The position numbers were made by a program, and so were the translations under genes. DNA of 35,083 bases from Craspedostauros australis (Eukaryota), in the NCBI GenBank assembly GCA_030167865.1, contig JALAGF010001425.1:1-35083 (forward strand), written 5' to 3'. Numbering within the stretch: position 1 is the first letter of the stretch; the number at the start of each line of letters is the position of its first letter. Shown piece after piece: positions 1-8,945 of this stretch. The notes below the pieces were generated by a model, which did not search any database, was not told the origin of the DNA, and saw nothing but the letters and a program-made list of their open reading frames with translations.

Positions 1-590
1 GGCTGACCGGCCGCAGGGCGAGCCGAAGGCGCCCCCAACGATGGAATGGTCACGGACGTATCGGAGGCGATGGGATCACCACCCTGATAGAGAGCTGCGG
101 AGAAGTTCGACCACTGGAAGCCATCTGGCAACGTGGATTGCTGGTACCACTCGCGCAGTGTCTTGAGCTCGTTGAGGTCAGGCTTGCTGATGGACCCGTA
201 CAGATTGACCTGCGCGGCAGCGCGCTGGTCACTGGAGATGCGAAGAAGATTGTGGAACCGCCCCCACACTGAAGGTTCGTCAAGGCAGTTTGTGAAGTAC
301 TTGGCCACCGTGGCAGCACCGGCTGGAGAAAGGTAAGCCACGCGAAGAATGGGTTGCACGAGTGTGCCAGGATCGAAGCTTGCTGGCAGCGCACTGTCGT
401 CGAGCGTCGCATTGTTGTCATTGGTATTGCCAGTGACACCTCCGCCGCGAGCGTTGGTACTGCCCCCGTCGCCACGAGAGTTGCCTACGCCGTCGCCAGG
501 CACAGCGTTGTCAGCACCAGTGCCAAGCGCGTCATCACCAGTAAGGCTGGATTGGTGGGTGGTGGTGGAGTCGGTTGTGTTGGTCGTCAT
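1..590 (-). CDS. Retrotransposon gag(-pol) ORF, N-terminal 196 codons, 3'-partial
   Basis: Hand translation from ACC-ATG at 590 gives MTTNTTDSTTTHQSSLTGDDALG...LVQPILRVAYLSPAG...DLNELKTLREWYQQSTLPDGFQWSNFSAALYQ..., with no stop before position 1. Its position downstream of the LTR and PBS implies gag. No zinc knuckle or pol motif lies inside the window. Confidence 0.7.
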   Translation of the reverse strand, partial: MTTNTTDSTTTHQSSLTGDDALGTGADNAVPGDGVGNSRGDGGSTNARGGGVTGNTNDNNATLDDSALPASFDPGTLVQPILRVAYLSPAGAATVAKYFTNCLDEPSVWGRFHNLLRISSDQRAAAQVNLYGSISKPDLNELKTLREWYQQSTLPDGFQWSNFSAALYQGGDPIASDTSVTIPSLGAPSARPAAGQ

Positions 591-752
591 GGTGATGGAC
601 ACGAATGATGTTGCGAAACGGAAAGCGNNAAAAANTTTTGTGTGTGAAAAGCAAACTACGCGTGAAACCACGAGGAGAGAGGTCAGCAATGACGCAAACT
701 TCGTGTGTGACCGCGGCAGGGATGCGCGAAAAGATCGTGAGATCAGAAAGAA

Positions 753-763
753 GGCTCATAACC
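753..763 (-). promoter_or_regulatory. Primer-binding site complementary to the anticodon stem-loop of initiator tRNA-Met (half-tRNA priming)
   Basis: The plus strand reads GGCTCATAACC, the tRNA-iMet anticodon-arm sequence (CAT anticodon). The minus-strand GGTTATGAGCC abuts the LTR-terminal CA, as in yeast Ty5 and Drosophila copia. Confidence 0.8.
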
Positions 764-871
764 TGTGAGAGTCTGTGTCAGATGGAGAAACAGAGAATTT
801 ATGAGGTTGTTCTGCTGTTGTGGAGAAGGCAGACACAGCTGTGCCAGACTGACGTCGGCCAGACTATGACA
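764..871 (-). repeat. 5' LTR (~108 bp)
   Basis: The minus strand starts TGTCATAGTCTG and ends CAGACTCTCACA, a 10/12 terminal inverted repeat. It contains a TATA-like CATAAAT. The outer boundary could alternatively be 873. Confidence 0.75.
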
Positions 872-1055
872 CATTCTACCATACACTCCACTAGTAGAGC
901 GAGAGAGAATAGAATACCACACACGGCCTTGAAGTACATACGATCTCTCTCTCTATATATATATATGTATATTTATAGGGAGAGAGATAGGACACTGGCA
1001 TATTGGGAAGAGGGTCGCACCAAAACAGATTCATCTACAGTATGCCATCCCAAGC

Positions 1056-2603
1056 TTAGTCGCTATTCGTAATGGGACACTTCCCATGTGCCTCCGAGAA
1101 GTTGCCCTTCCCATAACGGCTCCACCACTTGCGGAATCCTGGAACTCCCGGCGGGCGTCTGCCATCGAGCTTGCAGTTGTGAAAGGCCTCGAGGATGACA
1201 CCATGGCTTTCCATGAACCACGATTTCTCTGGCTCGTACATCGCCGCTGGCAGCGTGACGGCAATCTGATCGTCGAACTCGCGATGCAGAGGATTGTCAC
1301 CAATCAGAATGTTGAACCAGTTCTGGACGCGCTCGGATCGATAGAAATCCAGATCGGTGATGTGAAAGAAGCCGTGGACCTGAGCTAATCGGCCCATGGA
1401 GCAGCTCGTGTCAGAGCCGAGCGCCAAGTGCCCATCGACCAAGGTGACTGAGCAGATGCGGCGACCGAAGGCCTTCTTCGCACGCATCGGAATCTCATGC
1501 CCGCGCGTGCGGCCGGCGGGGAAGTTGAGAAAGAACAGCTTGAGATCATTCTGCAGCATGATGGCGATGGGATCTTGCTTCCAGACTCTGGTGGCAAAGA
1601 CATCGGAGTCCATCCAGAACAACGTCTTATACTGGGCGATGGAGGGATGATTCCAGATGTGCTTCGTGCGGAATTCGGCTTGCCAGCAGTAAGCCAACCG
1701 CTCATGAAAGATGCGTTCGCTGCACCGCAAGTACCAATTCATTTCTTCGACCGTCGTGACGTTGCATCGGCTCAGCGTTTCCTCTCGTATTGCGGGTGGG
1801 TAGGCGCGCACCATCTCGTGAAGGCCTGGATTGTCAATGACAACGGAGAACTTGGCGGGGTGCACCATGGCTTGGACTTCCTGGACCTTGTCTTCCGATA
1901 TGGGTTCGCTGGAGAATACGACGATGTCGTACAGCGGGCGGTTGTTATATGCGTAATGGAAGAGGCAGAAGCTCTGCTTGATTGCAGCCCAGTGCAGGTC
2001 GCTTTGTATTTTTGTGACGACGACGACGCCCTCGTGGTGTTCGAATGGGGCGTAGATCTTGCCGGATGAGTCGGAGGCTGCTGCCACTGGCGTGGAAATG
2101 GTGGTGACAACAGCCTCCTGCTGGCCCGCATCAGCGTTCAATGATCGTGCGTCGAGACCGCTTTGCATCGCAGCTTCCTTCAGGACGTTGCTGCCAAGCT
2201 CAGGAACATTGGCGTTCGCAGTGGCACCGATTGGATTGGGCGCTGACGTCTGTGCTGTGCCGACCTCTCCTGACGCTGTCTCCACCGATTCCGGCACATC
2301 AATAATCCCAACGGCACTCTCGTCCAACAGCGATGACTGCAGCAGAGACTTGTGAACATCAAATATAGTCCAACCAAAGAACAGGCCGAACATCGCCAGG
2401 ATCCCCACATTTCCAATCGTCCGCCTTGATATGGTGGTTTCCGATGCTGTTGCTGTTGCCAACGCTGATGAAGAGCTCTTTCTGTATCCTGCGCTGGAGG
2501 GGGATTTCTTCAACGCTCGCGCTGACTTTGTCTTCTGCTTTGATTTCTCGACATCTGGCAATCCCGATGGGTCCTCCACGCGACCTTGCTTCCGGCCCGC
2601 CAT
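1056..2603 (-). CDS. Type II membrane glycosyltransferase, GT15 (KRE2/MNT1 alpha-1,2-mannosyltransferase)-like, 515 aa
   Basis: Basic cytosolic tail, one TM helix (VGILAMFGLFFGWTIF) and a low-complexity stem. The GT-A domain has YAYNNRPLYDIVVF, a DxD in FWMDSD, FHITDLDFYRS and REFDDQ, resembling the GT15 motifs FEIxDLDFFRS and RWGDA. Confidence 0.65.
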   Translation of the reverse strand: MAGRKQGRVEDPSGLPDVEKSKQKTKSARALKKSPSSAGYRKSSSSALATATASETTISRRTIGNVGILAMFGLFFGWTIFDVHKSLLQSSLLDESAVGIIDVPESVETASGEVGTAQTSAPNPIGATANANVPELGSNVLKEAAMQSGLDARSLNADAGQQEAVVTTISTPVAAASDSSGKIYAPFEHHEGVVVVTKIQSDLHWAAIKQSFCLFHYAYNNRPLYDIVVFSSEPISEDKVQEVQAMVHPAKFSVVIDNPGLHEMVRAYPPAIREETLSRCNVTTVEEMNWYLRCSERIFHERLAYCWQAEFRTKHIWNHPSIAQYKTLFWMDSDVFATRVWKQDPIAIMLQNDLKLFFLNFPAGRTRGHEIPMRAKKAFGRRICSVTLVDGHLALGSDTSCSMGRLAQVHGFFHITDLDFYRSERVQNWFNILIGDNPLHREFDDQIAVTLPAAMYEPEKSWFMESHGVILEAFHNCKLDGRRPPGVPGFRKWWSRYGKGNFSEAHGKCPITNSD

Positions 2604-3978
2604 GGTCCTGCCGCTGCTGCTATTGTGGAAGCAGAGAGTCTGCTGTGAATCGCGTTGGATTGCGATGGATTGCGTTGGATTGCAATAGCCGTTGAAGTAG
2701 AACTGCGACTGCGGTCAGTATCTCTCGCGGTGCGCCGTACGAGTATTCCGCTTGAATAACAATGGCACCAACCCAAAACGATGCTTGCAAGAGATGATGA
2801 TCAACTTGTGGGAATGGCCGCCGTCCTTGTCTGCAGAGCGTTGGTTGCGACGATGTTGTTATTGTGTCTGCTTTGCTCCTACTCTTTCTCTCGTATCAGG
2901 TAATGCTGTGGGGACGGTTCAATTTGTGCGTGCGTTTTGCATCCAGCGACCGTTGTGATTTTGGTCATTGTTCTCCTGTGCAATTTTTACTTTACCACAT
3001 ATCCCAAATCTACCATACGGAGGTGCGGATATTTACAACAAAAGGCATACGTTTGTCGCCGCACAGACCGAATGGGTGGTTCTAATTGTGTTGCAAATGG
3101 TTTGGCAGTTGTGTCTGGAGTCGGACACTCTAGTTGTTCTCCGTGTTTCATTCAATCGGAATCGCACCAGCACCAATCGCCGCGGCGCGTGATGGCTATA
3201 AAGTGTATGAAAGAGAGAGAGAGAGAGAGAAAGAGGTAGAGACGTTGGTCCTCTATAACTGATACGACTATCCATGGTTGAGAAGTACGCAGATAGACTA
3301 TGTGTGATGACAGGATTCCCACAACTACCATCGCCATCGTTACCATTGTCTGTTTGTATCGTCACGACACCGCAATAACTATTGCTGAAGATCGACCGAA
3401 ACGGCATCGTGAATGTCGACTATAACGGGAGTAGACCATGCGAGTACAATGCAATACAACACATTGAAATCCGGCAGAACATCACCAGTTCGATGTCACT
3501 ACTCTATATACTCTTCAATGTTCGATTCGGGAGATCTCCAAGGATCGCTGCTGTGTCGATTGCTGCATGAATCGCTGACGATGGATGACCAACGCAACGC
3601 CGTTTCCGGCATCGTCGGAGAATCTTTTTGGATTCGCGTGTTTGTGACCACACCGGAAACCTTTTCGCTGTTCAGGTCACTTCGTGCTGCCTGACACACG
3701 GGTGTGACATCGAATGCCTCACACAAACATCACACCATCGATCAGCATGCGATTGACTCATCCATTCACCAGTCTGGTGCTGCATACGGGCCAGTAGCAT
3801 GGCTTCGTTATGATTGTTGTATTCATGAGGTGATGCAAACAATCAAAGTTTGGAAGACCTCATCCCTCTCACAAAATCCAAACTCGATCCAACAAATCGA
3901 CAATACTCATACCTTGCAAACATCAGGCCAGCAACAGCTTCGTCCAAACCTCTAACACTCAACATTCAACATTCAACC

Positions 3979-5106
3979 ATGATGATCCAACGCTTCTCCC
4001 TCGTCCTCATTGCCGCCCTCGCCCTCAGCGAGACAACTTCCGTTGACGCTGCGCCAGCCGTCAAGAAGGCAGCCCGCAAGCTGCGTCGACGCAACAAGAA
4101 GCAGCTGCGCATCAAGGCACGCAACGCCGCCAATACCTGCGGCGATGGCATGGCCTCCCGTGGCAGCCGTGCCTCCATCGTTGACATGAAGGAATGCGAG
4201 GATGGCGGCAGCGTCTCCGGAACCGTCGCCTTCATCGACCGCCTTTCGAAGCAGCAGTTCGCCATCGTGGAACTCAGGTGCGAAGGAGAGCCCAAAGTCG
4301 CCTGCGGCAATCGTTGCACGGGAGAGAACAACGAGGAGGTCGAATGCGACGGCGGATACTGCGCCATAACGGACGGCAACAAATTCGAGGTCTGCATGCC
4401 GTACGCCAAGGACGGAGGAGTCTGCGGAAACCCATCCGAAAAGGAGGAGGCACTCAAGTGCAATCCCCGAACCAGTATCTGCGCCGCCGATGCGGAGAAC
4501 CCGCTCGCCCCATCCACATGCATGAAGAAGTGCAGGAAGGACAGGCATTGCGGAGATGGAGAATTCTGCCGCAAGGATCTCAGCAAGGCCGAAGACGAGG
4601 ACGAGGACGATGCCACCTCGAAGCGCGGATCGTCCAAGCGCAGTGGCAACAAGAAGCAGAGCTCGCGCAACACCATTGGGCACTGCGTTGCCCTGGCCAA
4701 AGTGGATGAGAAATGCGGCGTGGTCGGCACCGGCTTCACCAGTAAGTGCGACGAGGGTCTGGAGTGCTTCCTGGAGCAGTTCCTGGGCAGCAGCAGCGTC
4801 TCCCGCTGCAAGCAGACCTGCGATGAGAATACCGCATGTCCGGAGGATGCCGTGTGCGGCGAGGACAACTTCTGCATCGATACTTGCGACGACGATGATG
4901 ACTGTCTGAACGACAGCTACTTCTGCCGTGCCGGCAGCGACGGTGCATCCTCCGTCTGCATCATCAAGGCCCTCGTTGGCGAGGAGTGCGGCAAGGACAA
5001 GGACAAGCCTTCCGAGGAGGTGCAGTGCTCCGATAGTCTCACCTGCGCTGCAGGTGGCGATGGCGAGCCCAGCACTTGCCAGGAGCCAGTACCGGCCTCC
5101 AAGTAA
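3979..5106 (+). CDS. Secreted cysteine-rich repeat protein (~375 aa), putative cell-surface or cell-wall protein
   Basis: ACC-ATG at 3979 starts a signal peptide (MMIQRFSLVLIAALALSETTSVDA), followed by a basic pro-region containing RKL. Three Cys modules follow, with the pattern (F/Y)C...C-x3-A-x5-CG...C...C...C. Codon usage is strongly C/G-ending. Confidence 0.8.
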   Translation: MMIQRFSLVLIAALALSETTSVDAAPAVKKAARKLRRRNKKQLRIKARNAANTCGDGMASRGSRASIVDMKECEDGGSVSGTVAFIDRLSKQQFAIVELRCEGEPKVACGNRCTGENNEEVECDGGYCAITDGNKFEVCMPYAKDGGVCGNPSEKEEALKCNPRTSICAADAENPLAPSTCMKKCRKDRHCGDGEFCRKDLSKAEDEDEDDATSKRGSSKRSGNKKQSSRNTIGHCVALAKVDEKCGVVGTGFTSKCDEGLECFLEQFLGSSSVSRCKQTCDENTACPEDAVCGEDNFCIDTCDDDDDCLNDSYFCRAGSDGASSVCIIKALVGEECGKDKDKPSEEVQCSDSLTCAAGGDGEPSTCQEPVPASK

Positions 5107-6443
5107 ACAATCGGCACCAGGACTTGGGACAACCTCGATGCACCGATTGACACCAAATTATAGAGGCGCGATGCTCCACCCATCATAGACAGAGGAATGT
5201 GCAACCAAATCACAAACATCGCAGTACAACATAGAATAGTAGCCAACGAAATACACAGCCATGGCTCGTAGTTGTGCTCCAGTCGAAGCTCAAGCATCAA
5301 ATATAGTACTCGCGGAGTAGAGTTCGAAACTCGCACCACACTGCGCTCTTACTCGGCCGTACCGTCGCTACGCATTGCATGCGGACTCCCAGGTCACATC
5401 GCAGCACAGTAGTACATACGTAGATTAGATTAGATTAGATGAGAGTAGATGAGAGTAGAGTGTGCATTCAAGCATGATGATGAACACAAGAAGAGAGAAG
5501 ACAGCGAAACGAAAGAACACCAGTCCTGTGTTGTGGTCACCCACAAAAAAGTCAATTCATGAGCATCGACTGCCCGGCAGGCTTCGATAGTGACTGGCAG
5601 TGTGACACTTTGCTCGGCACGTGATGGCCAGCATTGGCAAGCTTACGCCGTTGACTCGCCAAACTCATCGGAGGTCCTGTCCCGAATCATGAACGCAAAG
5701 AGAACGGAACACACACTATGTGACGTCCTTGGAACGGAAACCATCAACGAAAAAGGAAACTGCTTTGGCGGCAAATCGTGCATTTCATCCGTTGTTGGAC
5801 CACTGCCGACAAAAAAAAGAGATGAATTTGGGTTGATCCAGTGTGCTCGCGTCGGCAACATACTATGACGAACGACGATTTTCGGACATCGCAAAGACAT
5901 TTACCATCCCATGTGTGAGACACGGGAATAATTCAACCGAACTTGGCCACAAAACGGCACGCCCAAACCAAAATGCCGAAGTTCGTGTGGTTGATGGACA
6001 GCATCCAACGAGACATGGCCCTTCCTGTCTTCGCATCATCGTCACCTCTCTCTCTGCGTTGCGGATGTGCTTGCATCCGAAAACGAGGATTGCGCATCGA
6101 GACGCGGATTGGCAGCACTTCGAATGCAGTCTTCGTGCAAGCGGCCTCTTGACATTCCGCTCTGCCACTATCGAGGCACCAGAGCGCGTCACCAGAGCGC
6201 ATCACCGCTTGAACAGAGATGATCGTCGCCTCTCCTGCTCCCACCACATAATCCCGCATCGGCGGCAACTACATACGCGCACCATACATACTCTGCCAGT
6301 ACTCCTCTGCCACATACTGCACACTACATACTCGTTGAGATACTTCGCCCATCCATCCACTTCTCTATTCACCCACCTCTCTATCCATCTAACTATCATC
6401 CTCCTATTCGCAGTCGCAGTCGCAGCCGCAGTCAGAGTCCACA

Positions 6444-8603
6444 ATGAAGCAGCGCATCAGCTCCAACCTGCTGAATTCCATCGTCCTGGCGCACGTCGCG
6501 GCGACGGCATCTGCCATCGAGGACACCAGCATCCTCGGCAGCAAGCGCATCCCAACAGGCAGCGATGAGAACCACAGGACCCTCAACAAGGACGGCAGCA
6601 AGGACGCGCTCAAGTGGGCGGTTCTCGACGGCAGCAACAGTGCGAATGGCAAGGCGAGCAATCTGCGAAAGGCCGACGGCATCGTCCGCGACCAGAGACA
6701 ACGCAGAGCCAAGGCACCCGGCTCAACAACGAGCAAGATCGCGAAGAAGTCCGAGGCAGGTCGATCCATCCACACCAAGTCGCCAAAGTCCTCCAAGATG
6801 CCAAGCACTTCGAAGGACTCCAAGTCAATGAAGAGCTCCAAGAGCGGCAGCGACGAAGCCATGGAGACTGCCTCTCCAACCATCGCGCCCACCATCACGG
6901 CCCGGCCGACCGTCTCCCCGACATCGCAGCCAACCCATTCTCCAACAACCCAGCCCACCAGCAATCCGACTGTGTCGCCCACCATGGAGCCCACTTCATC
7001 CCCCACCACGAGTCCGAGCACCTTGCCGTCTGAATCGCCAACCATCTCGAAGGCACCAACCAGCTCGCCGACGCCAGCTCCGACCAGCGCCCCGACTTCT
7101 GGGCCCACGAGCAATCCCACGGCTTTTCCAACAAGCGCCCCAACGTCAAATCCGACAACACCGCCAACCAACGGACCGACATTGGCACCAACCAGCGCAC
7201 CGACCGGCCAGCCCACGTCGGCACCAACGAACGCACCAACCGTATCCCCAACCAGCGCCCCGACCACGTTTGGTTCTCAGTCGCCAACCTTCTCGAAGGC
7301 ACCAACCGGCTCGCCGACGCTAGCTCCGACCAGCGCCCCGACTGCTGGGCCCACGAGCAATCCCACAAGCATGCCAACCAGCGCACCCACGTCGGCACCA
7401 ACCAGCGCACCGACCAGCGGGCCAACATCGGGACCGACCAGCGCACCCACCAGCGGGCCGACATCGGCACCGACCAGCGGGCCAACATCGGCACCGACGA
7501 GCGCACCCACCAGCAATCCCACAGCGGGACCGACCAGCGCACCCACCAGCGGGCCGACATCGACACCGACCAGCGGGCCGACATCGGCACCGACGCGTTC
7601 TCCAACCAGCAATCCCACAGCAAGCCCAACATCGAATCCAACTTCAAGTCCGACGTCGGATCCGCGAACAGCTGCCTTCCTGTCCGCCCTCAACGCGTCG
7701 GGATGTGATGCTGCATGCAACGCCCTCCTTTCGATCATCCAACCGAGACCTGATCTCGTCAACGTCTTCGCCTTTCAGGAAACCACGCAGGCTGGTGTCG
7801 ACTTCTTCAATTCCATCAAGGACAATACGGGCATCCTCGGCCAATTCCAGGCGACGGTGGCCATTTCGGATACCATGCTGACCGGCACATCCGCCGAGGT
7901 CAACGCAGCCTGCAGCGGTCTGCCATGCTGCAACGTGCCCGCGGACTGCGCCTGGGTGGGCGTCGCCTCCATCGCCACCACGAGCTGCACGGGCGAAGAG
8001 GCTTGTGGCAACGTGGAAACCCAGACTCTCATTTTCCCCGGCAGCTGCTTACAACAGTTCGGCTGCTACGCCTTCAACTTCCTGGGCGAGGACATTGCCA
8101 CCGTCGGGCCCAACAGCTGCACCGGACGATCCGGCTGCAACTCCGTTGGTGCGCACGCCACGGGCTTCGCCACCATCGCACAAGACTCCTGCCAGGGCGA
8201 CAGCGCGTGCTACAGCGTCGGACCGGGCGTCTTCCCGGACCAGCCCAACAATGTCCCCAAGCGAGTTTCCAACGTCGCCATCGGGGCCCGATCATGCATC
8301 GGAACGCGTGCCTGCGATGACGTGCAGACGTACTACTACTCGCCTGGATACTCGGCCTACAACCGCCCATCCGGTAGCACCTACATCGGCAACGATTCCT
8401 GCACAGCGGATATGGTCTGCCAAGAGATCGGAAGCGATTATGCCTTCTACGCTGACATCAACCTCGGCAACATGGTATGCACGGACGCTTCAGCGACGTG
8501 TCGCAGATGCGGCGTCACGTCGGATTACTCCACCGAGTGTCCCGCCGGTACCGTCCTCATCATTGCCTCCGGCAACACTTGTCCCAGCCCGGCATGCACC
8601 TAA
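6444..8603 (+). CDS. Secreted mucin-like / silaffin-like protein, 719 aa: signal peptide, K/S-rich segment, PTxx repeats, C-terminal Cys-repeat domain
   Basis: Signal peptide (..LLNSIVLAHVAATASA), an RTL motif and KSPKSSKMPSTSKDSKSMKSSKSGS. About 260 aa of PTSAPTSG/PTSNPT repeats follow, then repeated SCxGxxAC units. Confidence 0.85.
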   Translation: MKQRISSNLLNSIVLAHVAATASAIEDTSILGSKRIPTGSDENHRTLNKDGSKDALKWAVLDGSNSANGKASNLRKADGIVRDQRQRRAKAPGSTTSKIAKKSEAGRSIHTKSPKSSKMPSTSKDSKSMKSSKSGSDEAMETASPTIAPTITARPTVSPTSQPTHSPTTQPTSNPTVSPTMEPTSSPTTSPSTLPSESPTISKAPTSSPTPAPTSAPTSGPTSNPTAFPTSAPTSNPTTPPTNGPTLAPTSAPTGQPTSAPTNAPTVSPTSAPTTFGSQSPTFSKAPTGSPTLAPTSAPTAGPTSNPTSMPTSAPTSAPTSAPTSGPTSGPTSAPTSGPTSAPTSGPTSAPTSAPTSNPTAGPTSAPTSGPTSTPTSGPTSAPTRSPTSNPTASPTSNPTSSPTSDPRTAAFLSALNASGCDAACNALLSIIQPRPDLVNVFAFQETTQAGVDFFNSIKDNTGILGQFQATVAISDTMLTGTSAEVNAACSGLPCCNVPADCAWVGVASIATTSCTGEEACGNVETQTLIFPGSCLQQFGCYAFNFLGEDIATVGPNSCTGRSGCNSVGAHATGFATIAQDSCQGDSACYSVGPGVFPDQPNNVPKRVSNVAIGARSCIGTRACDDVQTYYYSPGYSAYNRPSGSTYIGNDSCTADMVCQEIGSDYAFYADINLGNMVCTDASATCRRCGVTSDYSTECPAGTVLIIASGNTCPSPACT
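6876..7665 (+). repeat. Coding 12-nt-period tandem repeat (PTSA/PTSG/PTSN units) with an internal 86-bp duplication
   Basis: Repeated units such as ccgaccagcgca and ccgaccagcggg. Segments 7035-7120 and 7281-7366 differ at only 4 positions. Confidence 0.9.
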
Positions 8604-8945
8604 GCACCATTTTGGCGATTGTATTTCTGTATAGTTTGTTGCGTACCTGGGAACGCACGTGCGAATGAATACCATGCACACCTCTCCTTCACTGATGAGC
8701 CGATGCGTTGTGAAGAACGGCCGGCAACCTTGGTTGGCCCATTCTCTCAACACCAATACGGACGTCGTCAAGTCGTCCCGCATGGTGCTTTGTCCTGCCG
8801 ACGTAACAGCAGCAGTGACTACCTGTATCACAGTCAACATAGTCTTCCTACGAGTACGAGTAGGTAACGAAACATGAAACATCTGTGTTACTGTATCGTA
8901 CTCTGAAGCGTTCCTCAGCGTCGCACGCGCCTTGCATACACACGA

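Larger units (their letters stand above)
1..871 (-). mobile_element. 5' portion of a Ty1/copia LTR retrotransposon (5' LTR, PBS, leader, gag N-terminus); continues beyond the left window edge
   Basis: Read on the minus strand: a TG...CA bounded segment (871-764) with imperfect terminal inverted repeats. It is followed with no gap by GGTTATGAGCC, the copia/Ty5-type PBS, then a ~160-nt leader and an ATG ORF open to position 1. Confidence 0.85.

Noticed and set aside
753-763. tRNA-Met gene
   Set aside because: Only 11 nt of the anticodon arm match and the flanks do not form a cloverleaf; it is explained as a PBS.
50-768. Track ORFs 50-475 (-), 349-768 (+) and neighbours
   Set aside because: Alternative frames over the retrotransposon; the credible frame is the edge-open ORF starting at 590.
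3850-3978. N-terminal extensions given by the ORF track (3850, 11018, 11334, 23457, 28929, 34562)
   Set aside because: They rely mostly on non-ATG starts or read like CA-rich 5' UTR sequence; downstream ATGs place signal peptides or domains at the N-terminus.
3979-5106. Frustulin
   Set aside because: It is acidic and Cys-rich but lacks the CEGDCD..DC..GL.CFQR consensus of frustulin ACR domains.
5421-5460. (TAGAT)4 and other simple repeats: (GA)n near 3213-3230 and 21821-21842, (TA)n near 953-967
   Set aside because: Ordinary intergenic microsatellites with no further structure.
6404-7762. Minus-strand ORFs of VGALVG repeats (287, 250 and 161 aa)
   Set aside because: Antisense shadows of the PTSA coding repeat, which lacks stops on the reverse strand.
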